A DNA stretch of 63,520 bases, filler included, from Octopus bimaculoides (GCF_001194135.2; 7 parts of 5 records of this genome joined end to end with filler, not necessarily neighbours in it), one strand, 5' to 3'. Counted from the first letter of the whole stretch, positions 1 to 13,452 are shown. The notes: a model not told the origin generated them from the letters alone. Numbers and translations: made by a program.

Positions 1-30
1 ATATATATATATATATATATATATATATAC

Positions 31-375
31 GTTGGAGTGGGTGTACAGTATGTAGCTTACTAACCAACTATATGGTTCCGGATTCAATCCCTCTGCGTAG
101 TACTTGGCTCTTCAACTATAGCCTCGGACCGACCAAAGCCTTGTGAATGGATATGGTAGACAGAAACGGAAAGAAGCTCGTCGTATATATATATATATAT
201 ATATATGTTTGTGCGTCTGAGTTTGTCTCGCTACCATCGAACCTAGCGGTTCGGCAAAAGAATCCGATCGAATAAGTACCAGGCATACAAAGAATACGTC
301 CTGGGGTCGATTTGTTCGACTAAAGGCGGTGCTCCAGCATGGTCGCAGTCAAATGACTGAAACAATTAACAGAAT
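31..375 (+). mobile_element. tRNA-derived SINE, family 1 (bipartite, with internal microsatellite)
   Basis: Head ggttccggattcaatccc...gccttgtgaatgga...gaagctcgtcg, then (TA)n, then tail gttcggcaaaag...aataagtacc...ggcggtgctccagcatggtcgcagtcaaatgactgaaac. About 10 copies in the window. Confidence 0.85.
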
Positions 376-458
376 ATGTATGTACGTATATATACGATTG
401 ACCGCTAGCTCCAGAAGTTTTTTTTTTTGTTCTCTCCATGTTCATTTCCTCGTGTTCG

Positions 459-492
459 TTTCTGTTGAAGAGCGTAGGCTCGAAACGTAAAA
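459..492 (+). ncRNA. Hammerhead-like motif, variant A (CUGUUGA-A core)
   Basis: ttt CTGTTGA A GAGC gtag GCTC GAAA cg TA aaa, within a PLE-type terminal repeat (about 420-760). Confidence 0.55.
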
Positions 493-937
493 GACTTTNN
501 NNNNNNNNACACACACACACACACACACACACACAGTTGCATATATATATGTACGTGGGTGTGTGTACACCTTTCTCACCTGGTTTCCCTCGTTTTTATG
601 TTTCCCTTTGCTATCTCTCACTATTTCTCTTTCTTACTTCCTCGATGCTTCTCTCTTTTGCTGATGAAAGATTAGACGTTCAAAACGTTACGTCACTTTC
701 TTTTTTCCTTCTATTGTTATGCTAATACTCGTTTGTTAAATCTTGTCCCTCCTGTGTTGTTGATTTTAATGTTCGTTGTACACACACGCGCGCACGCGCG
801 CACACACACACACCTTATATTATTTTATAAATATGAAATTTTCAGTCAGTTTCTGACAACCAGAAAAGCCGAAAGGATAAAGCATCACCATTCATAATAT
901 AACTATAAAAATATATAATGAATATATTTATTTAAAG

Positions 938-1180
938 TGGAGGCGCGTAGCTTAGTGGTTAGGGTGTCAGCACCACGATCGTAAGATTGTGGTTTCGATT
1001 CCTGGACCGGGCGACGCGTTGTGTTCTTGAGCAAAACACTTCATTTCACGTTGCTCCAGTCCAAAAATGAGTAACGCTGTGATAGACTGGCGTCCCGTCC
1101 AGCTGCGGAATGCATACGCCATTGAAACCGGGAAAGCGGACCCATGAGCCTGGCTAGGCTTTAAAAGGGCGCATTTATTT
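938..1180 (+). mobile_element. tRNA-derived SINE, family 2
   Basis: A-box-like tagcttagtgg and B-box-like ggtttcgattcc, followed by a non-tRNA body and a (TTTA)-like tail. Confidence 0.8.
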
Positions 1181-1465
1181 TTTATTATATTTATTTAATC
1201 CTATGTTTAGTATTGAGTTCTATATGAGATATTTCATCACTATATAACATTAATCTACATATATTGAGCACATGTATGTAGGTGAATGTATGTATGTGTG
1301 TGTGTGGGGGGATGAATTTATTCATATATGTGTCTATGAATGTATATATGTATATGCACGAATACATATGTTTTTATTTAAGAAATAAGATGAAACGTAC
1401 TCAATACATGTTGTAGGGCATATATATATATATATACACACACACACACCTTATATATGTATGTA

Positions 1466-1700
1466 TTGGGTTGGTGCATAATTATTGCGGCTTTTCAACA
1501 TAAAAAAAATAACAACATGTAACAAAAACATCTAAAAATGATTATTCCGGAGCATATTCACCATCTACTTCAATTACTGCTTCCCATTTGTTTGGCAGAC
1601 GGTCAGACCGTCATTTAAAATGTTTTTGTTAAATATTGTTATTGATTTTGTTGAATAAAATTTTGTTGAAAAAAGCCGCAATTATTATGCACCACCTCAA
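1466..1700. mobile_element. Mariner-derived MITE / internal deletion derivative
   Basis: TIRs ttgggttggtgcataattattgcggctttt and aaaagccgcaattattatgcaccacctcaa, with TA at the left flank. The interior is the reverse complement of a mariner transposase 3' end. Confidence 0.8.
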
Positions 1701-1848
1701 TTGCTTTTCGTTCACTACGTCGTCACTCATTTCATTTGACGTGATCTTTTAGGCAACAATAGAAATCGAGCAATGGATTGAATTACCAGTTTTGCACTCA
1801 CGCATGTGCACTGACACAACACACAGACAGACAGACAGACAGACAGAC

Positions 1849-1874
1849 AGATAAACAGACAGACAGATAGACAG

Positions 1875-1966
<92 letters not shown>
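1849..1966. repeat. (CAGA)n/(CA)n microsatellite, representative of dozens of CA/TA/GA/TATG/AAT arrays
   Basis: Seen directly. Similar arrays at 3933-4033 (ATT), 7050-7180, 24787-24870, 29588-29700, 55848-55944, 62262-62337 and elsewhere. They account for almost all low-complexity ORFs in the track. Confidence 0.98.
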
Positions 1967-1969
<3 letters not shown>

Positions 1970-2426
1970 TGAACTTGTATATTAGTGTATGTTCTTAAAT
2001 GTGTATATGTGTATGCATGCAGGTGTTGCGTTTTTGTAGGTGCGGCGCCGACGGTGTCTAACATTTTTCATACTATTGAGTCCAATATAGATTATAGTTT
2101 TCCTTTTGTAGGCTGAGATAGAAGGATATCCGAAGTGCCTCAACCCTCCGATTATGGTTTGAACGGAGAATTTAGGGGATGGTTTAGATTTTGAGTGAGA
2201 CTACACATGATTAGACGATTGAATTGGGTGGATTAACATTTGGATAGTTTGAGTTATGTCTGGACAGTATTTGGCCACAGGCTGCAAAAGGCTTTGTAGT
2301 CATTAGAGTATAGTATGAGCGCAAGTTACAGAGGAAGGGCGTGTCAGTGAGTTGTGGTTGTAGTGTGACTGTGTCTAAGGGTTTGCAGAATTAAATGAAC
2401 AACATTTATTTATATAATCTAGAATA

Positions 2427-2463
<37 letters not shown>

Positions 2464-2639
2464 ATACGTATGTGTTCATAGACACATACACAGACATGTA
2501 CTCATACACATACACACATATACACAAACACATATGTATATGTATGTATGCATGTATGTATGTGTGCGCGCGCCCGCATGCGTTTGTATGCTTGCGACAG
2601 ACGACCCCCTACTAGATGTGTGAACAGTACTCTAATATG

Positions 2640-3540
2640 GGTTGCATATGTGTCGTATTGTGGGTCAGCAGCTGTTCAACGGTGAAGTATTTTCAACAGT
2701 GGCTTGGGAGTTGTTCCCAGCACCCCAATAACAACATTTAATCACATGTCTCAGAAGTTTCTCAGTTATCCGACCCAGCTCAGATACTTCGCAGTCTTTT
2801 ATATTTCTCCTACACCAATGCTGCTAGCATATACGTATGTTAAAAAGAATTCAAATCCAAAATCTGTAGTCTTTCTTCTTATACTTAAGGACATAACACA
2901 GCATCTACAGAAGAGGGTACAAAAGTTCGTCTTGCAAAACATGACGGCTTCAGAGTTATCTGGAAGTCATATTCATCAGACGATCTTATTAGAACCGTCT
3001 TGCATGCCACTGTTGAATCAATGTCGTAGTCTGAAGTCACTGCTTGAACACTTTCAAACTACCGGAGGTAGAACCGTATGTTACAGTTATTGCCGGTTCG
3101 GAATAAACTCTATAAGTACAGGCATTCCGTCAACCGGTTCTGTTCGATATACGCTCAAAGCAACGAAAACTGTTCTGCATGCACCTGTCCAGTGCCTGAG
3201 CATCGCCGATTTGTTGAGCTATGTCGAATACCTGCTGGCGAGTGCATGGGGATCCGGTTATTTGCTGGTTCCATTGTGACTGGAAAGGACAAGCTGTCTT
3301 CATCTATCTGATGGACCAGGTCGAAAGCAGATATCTCCCACTTGGCCAAGACCTCAACAACTTCTTCAAGTTTTACTGGAAAAGGAAAGGAACAGTGACG
3401 AAGGATGTGCTGCCACACAGCAAAATTGTTGAAAGATAGGTGAAAGTGGAAAGGATCGTCGGAATGAACAAGTCTTCTCTGTGTATGCGCCTGTAGATTA
3501 AGGGAGGAGGACAAGGAGAGGGCACTGGCCCTGTTGGACA
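2640..3540 (-). mobile_element. Degenerate Penelope-like element, RT C-terminal half
   Basis: Frameshifted minus-strand traces: LIYRRIHREDLF (about .YRRYVDD.F), LSFPVTMEPANNRIP (about IKFT.E.E.N..IPFL), SVYRT (about VYRK). 2100-2400 may continue into GIY-YIG sequence. Confidence 0.5.
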
Positions 3541-3755
3541 GGGTTTTGTGGGGTTAAATGAGCAGTCATCGAAGATATCCTACTTTGGAGTAATTATTTC
3601 TTGTTTGAATGTTTCGTTTTTTTCTGTTATTTCGCTGTTTACACACTTTTATGTAAATCCATATGCTATCGCCCTGTACAATCCTCAGGCATTTTGTGAA
3701 TCTTTAGTAGCTATTAAAGAAAACATGATTGTAGTTCTTGTTATTATTATTACCT

Positions 3756-3933
3756 AAGGTGGCGAGCTGGCAGAATCATTAGCACGCCGCTCTGTGTTCA
3801 AATTCCGTCGTGGTTGACTTTGTCTTTCATCCTTTCGGGGTCGATAAATTAAGTACCAGTTGAGTTGTGGGGGCGCTGTAATCGACTGGCCTTCTACCCC
3901 AGAATTTCAGGCCTTGTGCCTTTAGTAGAAAGG
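3756..3933 (+). mobile_element. SINE family 3 (ggcgagctggcagaa head, ATT tail)
   Basis: aaggtggcgagctggcagaatc...ggggtcgataaattaagtaccagttg...gccttgtgcc...(ATT)n. Further copies at 7189-7411 (-), 25372-25520 (+) and 60614-60829 (+). Confidence 0.8.
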
Positions 3934-4225
<292 letters not shown>

Positions 4226-4239
4226 ATTATTATTATTGT

Positions 4240-5630
4240 TCAGTAGTTTTATTTTTATAACGTGCTTTCACTTCACTACCGAGCGCAGCTCTGTGTGCCT
4301 TGGGTATGTGCTGTGGTTTGCTGTGATGCTCTTATGGTTACTGTATTGAAAGTGTTTTGCGTAGGATGTGTGCAGTGCCTAGTAGTGCAATTTTCTGTAT
4401 GTTATATATATTTGTAAGTCCTGGTGTTTTTGTTATGTATTTGTCTGAATATTTTTTATTATACCTAGGGCACCTACTATGATAAGAATTGTTTCTGTTT
4501 TTAGATTCCACATTCGAGTTACCTCTATTTCCAGGTCTTTGTATTTTGAAAGTCTTTCCATTTCTTTTAGGGAAACGTTGTCATNNNNNNNNNNNNNNNN
4601 NNNNNNNNNNNNNNNNNNNNNNNNNNNNNNNNNNNNNNNNNNNNNNNNNNNNNNNNNNNNNNNNNNNNNNNNNNNNNNNNNNNNNNNNNNNNNNNNNNNN
4701 NNNNNNNNNNNNNNNNNNNNNNNNNNNNNNNNNNNNNNNNNNNNNNNNNNNNNNNNNNNNNNNNNNNNNNNNNNNNNNNNNNNNNNNNNNNNNNNNNNNN
4801 NNNNNNNNNNNNNNNNNNNNNNNNNNNNNNNNNNNNNNNNNNNNNNNNNNNNNNNNNNNNNNNNNNNNNNNNNNNNNNNNNNNNNNNNNNNNNNNNNNNN
4901 NNNNNNNNNNNNNNNNNNNNNNNNNNNNNNNNNNNNNNNNNNNNNNNNNNNNNNNNNNNNNNNNNNNNNNNNNNNNNNNNNNNNNNNNNNNNNNNNNNNN
5001 NNNNNNNNNNNNNNNNNNNNNNNNNNNNNNNNNNNNNNNNNNNNNNNNNNNNNNNNNNNNNNNNNNNNNNNNNNNNNNNNNNNNNNNNNNNNNNNNNNNN
5101 NNNNNNNNNNNNNNNNNNNNNNNNNNNNNNNNNNNNNNNNNNNNNNNNNNNNNNNNNNNNNNNNNNNNNNNNNNNNNNNNNNNNNNNNNNNNNNNNNNNN
5201 NNNNNNNNNNNNNNNNNNNNNNNNNNGGTGGGGAGGCTTTGGTCTTGTGCAGCAATTAAAAATCCTTCAGTCTCTGCTTTGAGTCCTGAGCTTCTCAACC
5301 ATTGCTGGGATTTTTCTCTGTCTATTTCTTTTGCATTTAGTTTAGCCCAGTATTTACCATGTAGGGGCTTTTCTTGCCATCGTTTTATCATAGTCCGTTG
5401 CTGTTCTAGTTTTAGTTTGGATTTCATTTGTTTTATAGATTTTGTTGTTTCTTCTTCTTCTTCATATTTGTTAGGTAGTATGATTTCTTGTTTGTATTTG
5501 TCAGCTTCCTTAAGTACTGAAAACAGTTTTTTGTTTTGCTCGTGTTTTGTGGCTATTTGTATTAGTTTTCCTTGCTTCTGGAGTAGGTATTTTTGCAGTC
5601 CTATGGTGGTCATTTTATAATAGTTCTTAT
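4240..5630 (-). mobile_element. R4/Dong-clade non-LTR retrotransposon, 5'-truncated (copy X), interrupted by a gap
   Basis: WLRSSGLKAETEGFLIAAQDQSLPT before the gap. After it: KEMERLSKYKDLEIEVTRMWNLKTETILIIVGALG...IQKIALLGTAHILRKTLSIQ*, the C-terminus typical of RLE-bearing R4 elements. Confidence 0.9.
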
Positions 5631-5631
5631 T

Positions 5632-5889
5632 CCTGCTAGAATTTATGTGGGTAGCGGGTTACTACCTGTAACCTTAGGTATCCACATGCTTTCAATAGTC
5701 TTTCAAGTGCTTAAAACTCACTTAATAATCTTTCCTGTCTCTAAGGATCAAACTTTCTGTAGAAACTCTAAAGGACATCTTGTTTCAATCTCTGTCAATC
5801 ATTTGTCTGTATCTGTGCTTACAGTTCTCAATGCTCCAATCATAACAGACAACCATTACAGTTTTGATACTTCAGATTCTTATAATTTC

Positions 5890-5890
<1 letters not shown>
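5632..5890 (-). mobile_element. R4/Dong-clade 3' end (copy Z)
   Basis: Minus strand VMIGALRTVSTDTDK*LTEIETRCPLEFLQKV*SLETGKIIK*VLST* plus 3' UTR, preceded by (TGA)n at 5893-5929. Confidence 0.7.
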
Positions 5891-5929
<39 letters not shown>

Positions 5930-7071
5930 TGTATGAAAGTTTTGTTAAAATATGTATTACCGGATCTTGAGTTATTTCTCTCTCATTCTGAGTTCACAAT
6001 CTCTGGAGACTGACTTTGCGTAAATCGTACTAGTCGCGCGCTATAGTCTATCGTATAAATTTCAACTTACAACGCAAAAAGTCGACAAGACATTTTATCT
6101 AGCACTTAACTGATTCATTAGTCTGTACTGATAAATAAAGGAATAAAAAGAAAAAATAGAATTGCTGGCCATGTCTACAGGAAACAAGAAAACAGAACAA
6201 ACCTTGGCGAATTAAAACCAAACAAATTCATGCCAAACGATAAATATTGTAGGTGTAGTAGTAGATCAACTAGTGGACCAACCCGGTACCCATATCGGTA
6301 TAAATATGACTCTCAACCATTATGGAATTTTGACGGAATACTAATATAAAGAAATAAAATCTGCGAAGATAAAGTGGTCGCAACTCTACGCCATTCTGTC
6401 AAATAACTCCTTCAGTTTCGATAGTTCTTCATTTATTTTAAAAATTCCGTCAGCACTGTTATTTCATAATCATAACGTTTACATAGATTTTCATTCATTC
6501 ATACGCACTAATTCACTCCACTTCTCAACAATTGCAATGTTTAGCCACTTTAGACAGTCTAGCAGAAATTATATACATATATATATATGTGTGTGTGTGT
6601 ATGTGTGTGTGTATGTATGTATACATATATAATTTTGTTTGTATGTAAATGAGTGTATGTATGTATGTATATATGTATAAACAGTGTTGCTAATAATCAG
6701 AAACATTAAAAAAACTATTTACTCTCACACACGATATGAGAAAATCTTTAAGCAAAACATCGATGAAATACAATAGAACTAATTAGTCGCTTTAAATCAA
6801 GTTATTGCTTCAATTTTTCATTTGTTTCTTATATAGATTTGCTTCTTTCTCTTCCTCTTTTTGAAGTAGACAATAATTAATTATGGGCTGTAATTGCTTT
6901 GTAAATATATGATTGTTTTTTTTTGTTTTTTTTTAATTTTCTAAATATGTAAACACAATTATAGATAATGCAAAATTCTAATTCTGAATAACGTTATATT
7001 CTCATGTGATAATATAATTAAGAAGAAATTAAACCTAATTAATGTTTTCAATAATAATAACAATAATAATG

Positions 7072-7156
<85 letters not shown>

Positions 7157-7188
7157 TGATGATGATGATGAGGAGGAGGAGGATAATA

Positions 7189-7411
7189 AACCTTCCTACT
7201 ATAGGCACAAGGCATGAAATTTGGGGGACGGGGATAGTCAGATAGTCGATTACATCGACCCCAGTACTCAACTGGTATTTATTTCATCGACCCCGAAAAG
7301 ATGAAAAACAAAATTGACTTCGGCGGAATTTGAACTCTGAATGTAGCGACGGGAGAAACACCGCTAAGCATTTTTTCCAATGCGCTAACGATTCTTCCAA
7401 CTCGCCACCTT
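7189..7411 (-). mobile_element. SINE family 3
   Basis: Reverse complement of the 3756-3933 family, with an (AAT)n tail at 7050-7180. Confidence 0.8.
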
Positions 7412-7476
7412 AAATGGTTTCAAATGTTTCCACAAGGGCAGCAATTTTGAGGGAGAGGATGAATCGATTATATTGA

Positions 7477-8211
7477 ATTTGAGAGAAAATTCTGGGTTAT
7501 CAGTCTATATATGAAAAGTAAAGCTTCAATCCATTGCATGCTTCATAAAAAAATATTCCGATATGAGAGGCAAATGTACGCGTTGAAACAATATATATTC
7601 AGAGATATTTAAATCATATAAATTTGTACGTACAGGATCGGTTCGTCGCATCACATGTGCTAATATTAACGATCACAAAAGTATATAGAAAGTTCGAAGG
7701 GAGAAGTCCAAATTATAATCCAAACGTGAAAATTAACGTATATATCCTACGTTTTTAGGAACATAGCGGTAATAGTAGATATCGTTTTAGGAACATAGTG
7801 GTAAAAGTAGATATCGATTTAAAATCCAAATCGGTATTTCATTCATGAAGGAAACAGCGATACTGGAATGGATTTTAAATCGATAGCTACTCTTACTACT
7901 ATGTCACTGAAACGGCCGTAGGATGTATACGTTAATTTTCACATTTGGATTTTAATTTGGACTTTTCACCATTCGAACTTTCCATATACTTTTGTGATCT
8001 TTAATATTAGCACATGTGATGCGACGAACCGATCCTGTACGTACAAATTTATATGATTTAAATATCGCTGAATATATATTGTTCCAATGTGTATATTTGC
8101 CTCCTCTCATATCGAAATATTTATTTTACATATATATTTTTATAAAGCATTCAATGGATTGAAGTTTTACTTTTCATATATAGACTGATAACCCAGAATT
8201 TTCTCTCAAAT
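7477..8211. mobile_element. Long palindromic foldback element
   Basis: Left arm 7477-7828 is the reverse complement of right arm 7869-8211 (atttgagagaaaattctgggttatcagtctatatatgaaaagtaa... / ...ttacttttcatatatagactgataacccagaattttctctcaaat), with a 40-nt spacer. Confidence 0.85.
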
Positions 8212-8729
8212 CCCATATCTTCTGTAATATTCCAATAGCTTAATTAACTTTGAGCACTAAATAGTTGTGCTATATACGGAGTATAATTCTCCCTATTCTT
8301 TATATATATATATATATATATATATATNNNNNNNNNNNNNNNNNNNNNNNNNNNNNNNNNNNNNNNNNNNNNNNNNNNNNNNNNNNNNNNNNNNNNNNNN
8401 NNNNNNNNNNNNNNNNNNNNNNNNNNNNNNNNNNNNNNNNNNNNNNNNNNNNNNNNNNNNNNNNNNNNNNNNNNNNNNNNNNNNNNNNNNNNNNNNNNNN
8501 NNNNNNNNNNNNNNNNNNNNNNNNNNNNNNNNNNNNNNNNNNNNNNNNNNNNNNNNNNNNNNNNNNNNNNNNNNNNNNNNNNNNNNNNNNNNNNNNNNNN
8601 NNNNNNNNNNNNNNNNNNNNNNNNNNNNNNNNNNNNNNNNNNNNNNNNNNNNNNNNNNNNNNNNNNNNNNNNNNNNNNNNNNNNNNNNNNNNNNNNNNNN
8701 NNNNNNNNNNNNNNTAACATAATTAGTAT

Positions 8730-10460
8730 GAATGTTAAATTTTAGGAAAGCTTTTTTTAAATATTTTGAGTATTCTACTTTGCAGATTGTATCTATGAAG
8801 TGTGTTATTTAGTATTTTGCTTTTCTTGAAAAATCATAGCTTTTCCATATTCTCGAATATTTACTGTCACAAACAATTGCACGAATAATTATTAGTATGT
8901 GAATTTATAAACAAGGTAGTGAAGTAGCAGGTTTTGAAGCAGTGGTCCATAAATATTTTGCTTTACTTTGATTATTGAAGAAATGCTCACATTAGTCGCG
9001 TTGTAATGTCAGTCTTTATTATGGCATATGAGGTTTTTTTGTTTGTTTCTGCTCCAAACAATTATATCAGGCCTACGGTGAATGCACTTGGCAGAAGTTT
9101 TGATGGGGATATTCCTTCAATAGTCTTTGCGCTGATATATATGTATTCAGTAACAGGATCATTGTCTATATTTCTCTCAAGTCTTACCTACAGAACGCAT
9201 TGCATATCGTTTTAGTAACAGGAAATAATATCTCGATAAGATATTATTTTTGGACAGCTGCTGATCATCTGTGTAATGTCTTCCACAGAAATGTTCCATT
9301 ATCGACAGTTGCAGTTGTGTCTTAGGGGTTTAAAGACTTCACTGTTCTTATTTTCATTTTGTTTTTTGTTTTTTGTTTATAGGACATTTTGTAGCTATCA
9401 CTGCACTTGAATTGCATGTGCATAGCCTTGGAGATGACGTGTTTTAAAGATCACGAAATCAAGAGAAGCAGCACTTCATGTTAAAATTATCATTTCCAGG
9501 CTTACTGGAAACATATCTATGCATAATCTCTTTGTAGTGTGTTGAATGTTTCTCCTTTAGGTTATTATTGAAGTATGCTTGTCCTGAAATTCTAGGTTTA
9601 CATGGCAGGGTGCCTCAGGAAGTGAGTGCTTCTTTAAAAGTTCATCACCGGCTCACAGAATGATATTCTCTTGACGTTTGGGGACCAAGGTGTCTCATTC
9701 CTCCCCTTTTCTTTTGAGAGAGATTCTGTCAATATCACTGTCTCTGAAAGAATTTACAGTTGATATCAAGATCTTTTGGATTTAAATACCTATGGAGCGG
9801 ATTCCTTTATAGATTAGTCAAGTACCCCAGTTATTGCTAACAGAATTTGGTGCCTCAAATATTTCGTGACCTGCCTTGCGAGACGAATGCTCCAACTGAT
9901 ACCTATTATTTTAGCCTGGTATGATATTCTTTGGACACTTTATATTTGTTCACAACACCTGCGTATGATGTATTTTCATCAATATCTAGGTGTTTGTGTT
10001 ACTCGCTGTATGGAAAAAGGGATATTGAGGGACCATTAATGCAAAGGTTTGGGGATTTTCTGCGGTTGGCTATCAAATATGAACATTTCTTTTGGCCAAA
10101 TTCCATTCCTATATCAGCATTGTAAAAATTGTGCATATTGATTATGAGACCGTCCAAGAAGAAACTGTGGATTACATTGCTATTGTAAACCCTGGCACAT
10201 AACCAGCGGATTTTCGCAAATGACAGTTGTTTTAATGCCAAAATAAATAGAAACACACCCAGACTGTCTCTCAGAAATATTTCCTTTCAAATATTTATAA
10301 TATCGGAGACAATCATTCTGCCTTCAGTTACAAATGAGAGAATCATTGACCATCTCGTTGTAAGCATTTCAATCACAGAAAATAAAGCAGCAGGTACTTT
10401 TGTCTAATACAGTGTCTTCAGCAACCATGAGTGGAGAACAGAATCGAATACTTCTTTAAT
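8730..10460 (-). mobile_element. Decayed R4/Dong-clade LINE (RT end, CCHC region, RLE nuclease)
   Basis: Minus-strand motifs in order across frameshifts: [52 protein letters not shown]. Confidence 0.8.
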
Positions 10461-10593
10461 GAATTCATATAAGCGTAAGGCTTCTCTGATGTTCGCTTAC
10501 ATCTTACAGTATCAAAAGTTGCTCGGCATATTATCACGCTACTTTGTACGTGCGTACGAACGTATGTATGTATGTATGTATGCATATCTATCA

Positions 10594-10653
<60 letters not shown>

Positions 10654-10786
10654 GTCTGTCTGTCTGTCTGTCTGTCGATCTGTTTGTCTATTCATATGTG
10701 TGAATGTACGTATATACCTATAGTATATACAGTAACTATATAAATACTCATATATAGCTCATAGATATACATATATCCACATACAC

Positions 10787-10832
<46 letters not shown>

Positions 10833-11169
10833 CTTAATAGCACCACCTGGTGAAGTTTTTTAGTCATGTATGGGGCATCATGGCCCACTCCAGGAAAGTA
10901 TGATTATTGTTGGAGATATATCCGGGATTTTTTGAAGAAGTGTGTGGATATAGATATATGTATATTTATGTGTTGTATATATAAATATATNNNNNNNNNN
11001 NNNNNNNNNNNNNNNNNNNNNNNNNNNNNNNNNNNNNNNNNNNNNNNNNNNNNNNNNNNNNNNNNNNNNNNNNNNNNNNNNNNNNNNNNNNNNNNNNNNN
11101 NNNNNNNNNNNNNNNNNNNNNNNNNNNNNNNNNNNNNNNNNNNNNNNNNNNNNNNNNNNNNNNNNNNNN

Positions 11170-11200
<31 letters not shown>

Positions 11201-12168
11201 ACGAAAATATGTACAAATATATATATTTTTAGATACGCATATGGAGAGAGAGAGAGAGAGATAGAGAAAGACAAGAGAGAGAGGTAGAGAGAAAGACAAG
11301 AGAGAGAGAGAGAGAGAGAGAGATGAAGAGGGAAGAGAGAAAGAGATAGGCGGGAGGATAGAAGGAGAAGAGGATTGGAAAATATCAGAGAAAGACACAA
11401 AACTACGTGCATAAATAAACACTTGTGCCTGAGTGTTTTTGTTAATGTGTGTATGTGTAGGTGTGCGTACATATCTGTGTGCGTGTGTAGGCATCTGAAC
11501 GTCTGTGTGCTAGTAATGTATGGCGGATCAACTTATGGGATATTTGAGAAGAAAATATGCTTTACATATAAGTATAGGCACGCGGAGTCATTTGCTGCCG
11601 ACGGCAAAAACATCCGGGTCGGAAGTAAAGCAGCAAGCCGGAACTTACCATCACCCCCGTCTACCCTCTTTCTCTACGTGTTGATTTCAAATGTCAAGTG
11701 TTTGTGAAGTTTAAAACTATTTAAAAATTCCATTTTTATCTCTTCTCTCGCGCTAGATTTTCGGAAAATAGGCTTGGCGGAGAGGGTGGAGAAATGGAGT
11801 TTTTTTTTTTCGTTGCTGATGTCATTGTTGTTATTTTTGTCATGTTAAATGTCGTTGTTGTTGTTGCTGTTGTTGTTGTTGCTGTTGCTGGTGGTAGTGG
11901 TGATGGTGAAGGTAGCGGTAGCATTCTTTTTGTACTTATTCATTCATTTATGTGCTGAGAACTGTCGGTAATGACATCGGCTGGCCTCGGCTTTTGCGAC
12001 TGCTTTGTCTCAATAAAGCCCCGATAGAACGAACGAACAAACGAACGGGCAGACATATCAAATACGTTCCATCCATCAACTACCTTCTTTTTCTTTCAGA
12101 CACAGTGTACCTAGGACTACATTATCCTGTGTGTTTGTTTTCATTTCTTTAGACGTTAGTGTGACAAA

Positions 12169-12555
12169 GTGGAGGCGCAATGGCCCAGTGGTTAGGGCAG
12201 CGGACTCGCGGTCATAGGATCGCGGTTTCGATTCCCAGACGGGGCGTTGTGAGTGTTTATTGAGCGAAAACACCTAAAGTTCCACGAGGCTCCGGCAGGG
12301 GATGGTGGCGAACCCTGCTGTACTCTTCCACCACAACTTTCTCTCACTCTCTCTTCCTGTTTCTGTTGTGCCTGTAATTCAAAGGGGTCAGCCTTGTCAC
12401 ACTGTGTCACGCTGAATATCCCCGAGAACTACGTTAAGGGTACACGTGTCTGTGGAGTACTCAGCCACTTGCACATTAATTTCACGAGCAGGCTGTTCCG
12501 TTGATCGGATCAACTGGAACCCTCGACATCGTAAGCGACGGAGTGCCAACAACAA
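12169..12555 (+). mobile_element. Apparently full-length tRNA-derived SINE (family 2-like head) with TSD
   Basis: A box tggcccagtgg, B box ggtttcgattcc, (CAA)n tail. Flanked by agtgtgacaaag (12158-12169) and agtgagacaaag (12555-12566). Its 3' part recurs at 56195-56275. Confidence 0.85.
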
Positions 12556-12688
12556 GTGAGACAAAGATGGTACCTGTTACAAGCAAGTCATAGAGACCCT
12601 GTTAAAATACTTTTTGGCTCGTAAGGAATTTCATAACTTGCGACATGGGATACGCTTTTCTTTCCCTTATTATCCTATTTATTTAATT

Positions 12689-12723
<35 letters not shown>

Positions 12724-13280
12724 TTTCTAGAAGCTGTGTTTTGTGCTGGTTTGGGCTGTCTAGTAAATGCTTGGTTTACGCTCTATTTCTATTAAAGGAA
12801 AAAAAATTGTATTACACACGTACTCACTCAGATACACACATATTAACAGACACATACACGTGCGTACATATACACATATGCACATACGTGTATGTTTGTG
12901 TGTGTGTGTGAATGCTGTCGAGTGCTTCGAGGAAGAAGCTGAAACCATATACAGTTAAGCAGCGTAAAATCGTAGCTTCTTCCTATTTTGCAAATATGAA
13001 GGACTACATGATCTAATATGTCTCATATTAACACCTAGAATGTCTGTAATTACTCAGACAGTGTTTACCCATTCGACAAATAAACTATTTGTGTATCAGT
13101 AAGTATGAACAGTCCTGCATACTAACATACATACATGCATGCATATATATTTGTGTCTATGCATATATATATATATACATACTCATCTGTAGATTTTGCA
13201 TATCCAGTGAAATTTTGAAGTGTCTGCTGTTTACAGATATGAATGAAAAAGTCTGATCAACAATTATTAACTGTGTTCCT

Positions 13281-13316
<36 letters not shown>

Positions 13317-13416
13317 TCTCTCTCTCACTCTCAAAACACGCACATATGTGTGTGTGTTTGTGTATAAACGCATATATAAATGTTTCTATATGTATAAACT
13401 AAACACATGTATACTT

Positions 13417-13452
<36 letters not shown>

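Noticed and set aside
655-700. Second CTGATGA...aaaacgtt motif in the PLE-type terminus
   Set aside because: GAAA is changed to AAAA and neither stem I nor stem II pairs convincingly. At most a decayed HHR.
938-1015. tRNA-like sequence with A and B boxes (also 12169-12245)
   Set aside because: No complete cloverleaf, and it continues into a repeated SINE body. It is a SINE head, not a tRNA gene.
1727-1966. Many ORFs of poly-VC, HT, IY, ER, I or X in the track
   Set aside because: They are translations of microsatellites or N gaps.
2704-3279. 191-aa plus-strand ORF
   Set aside because: No recognisable domain, and it lies antisense to a decayed PLE-like RT.
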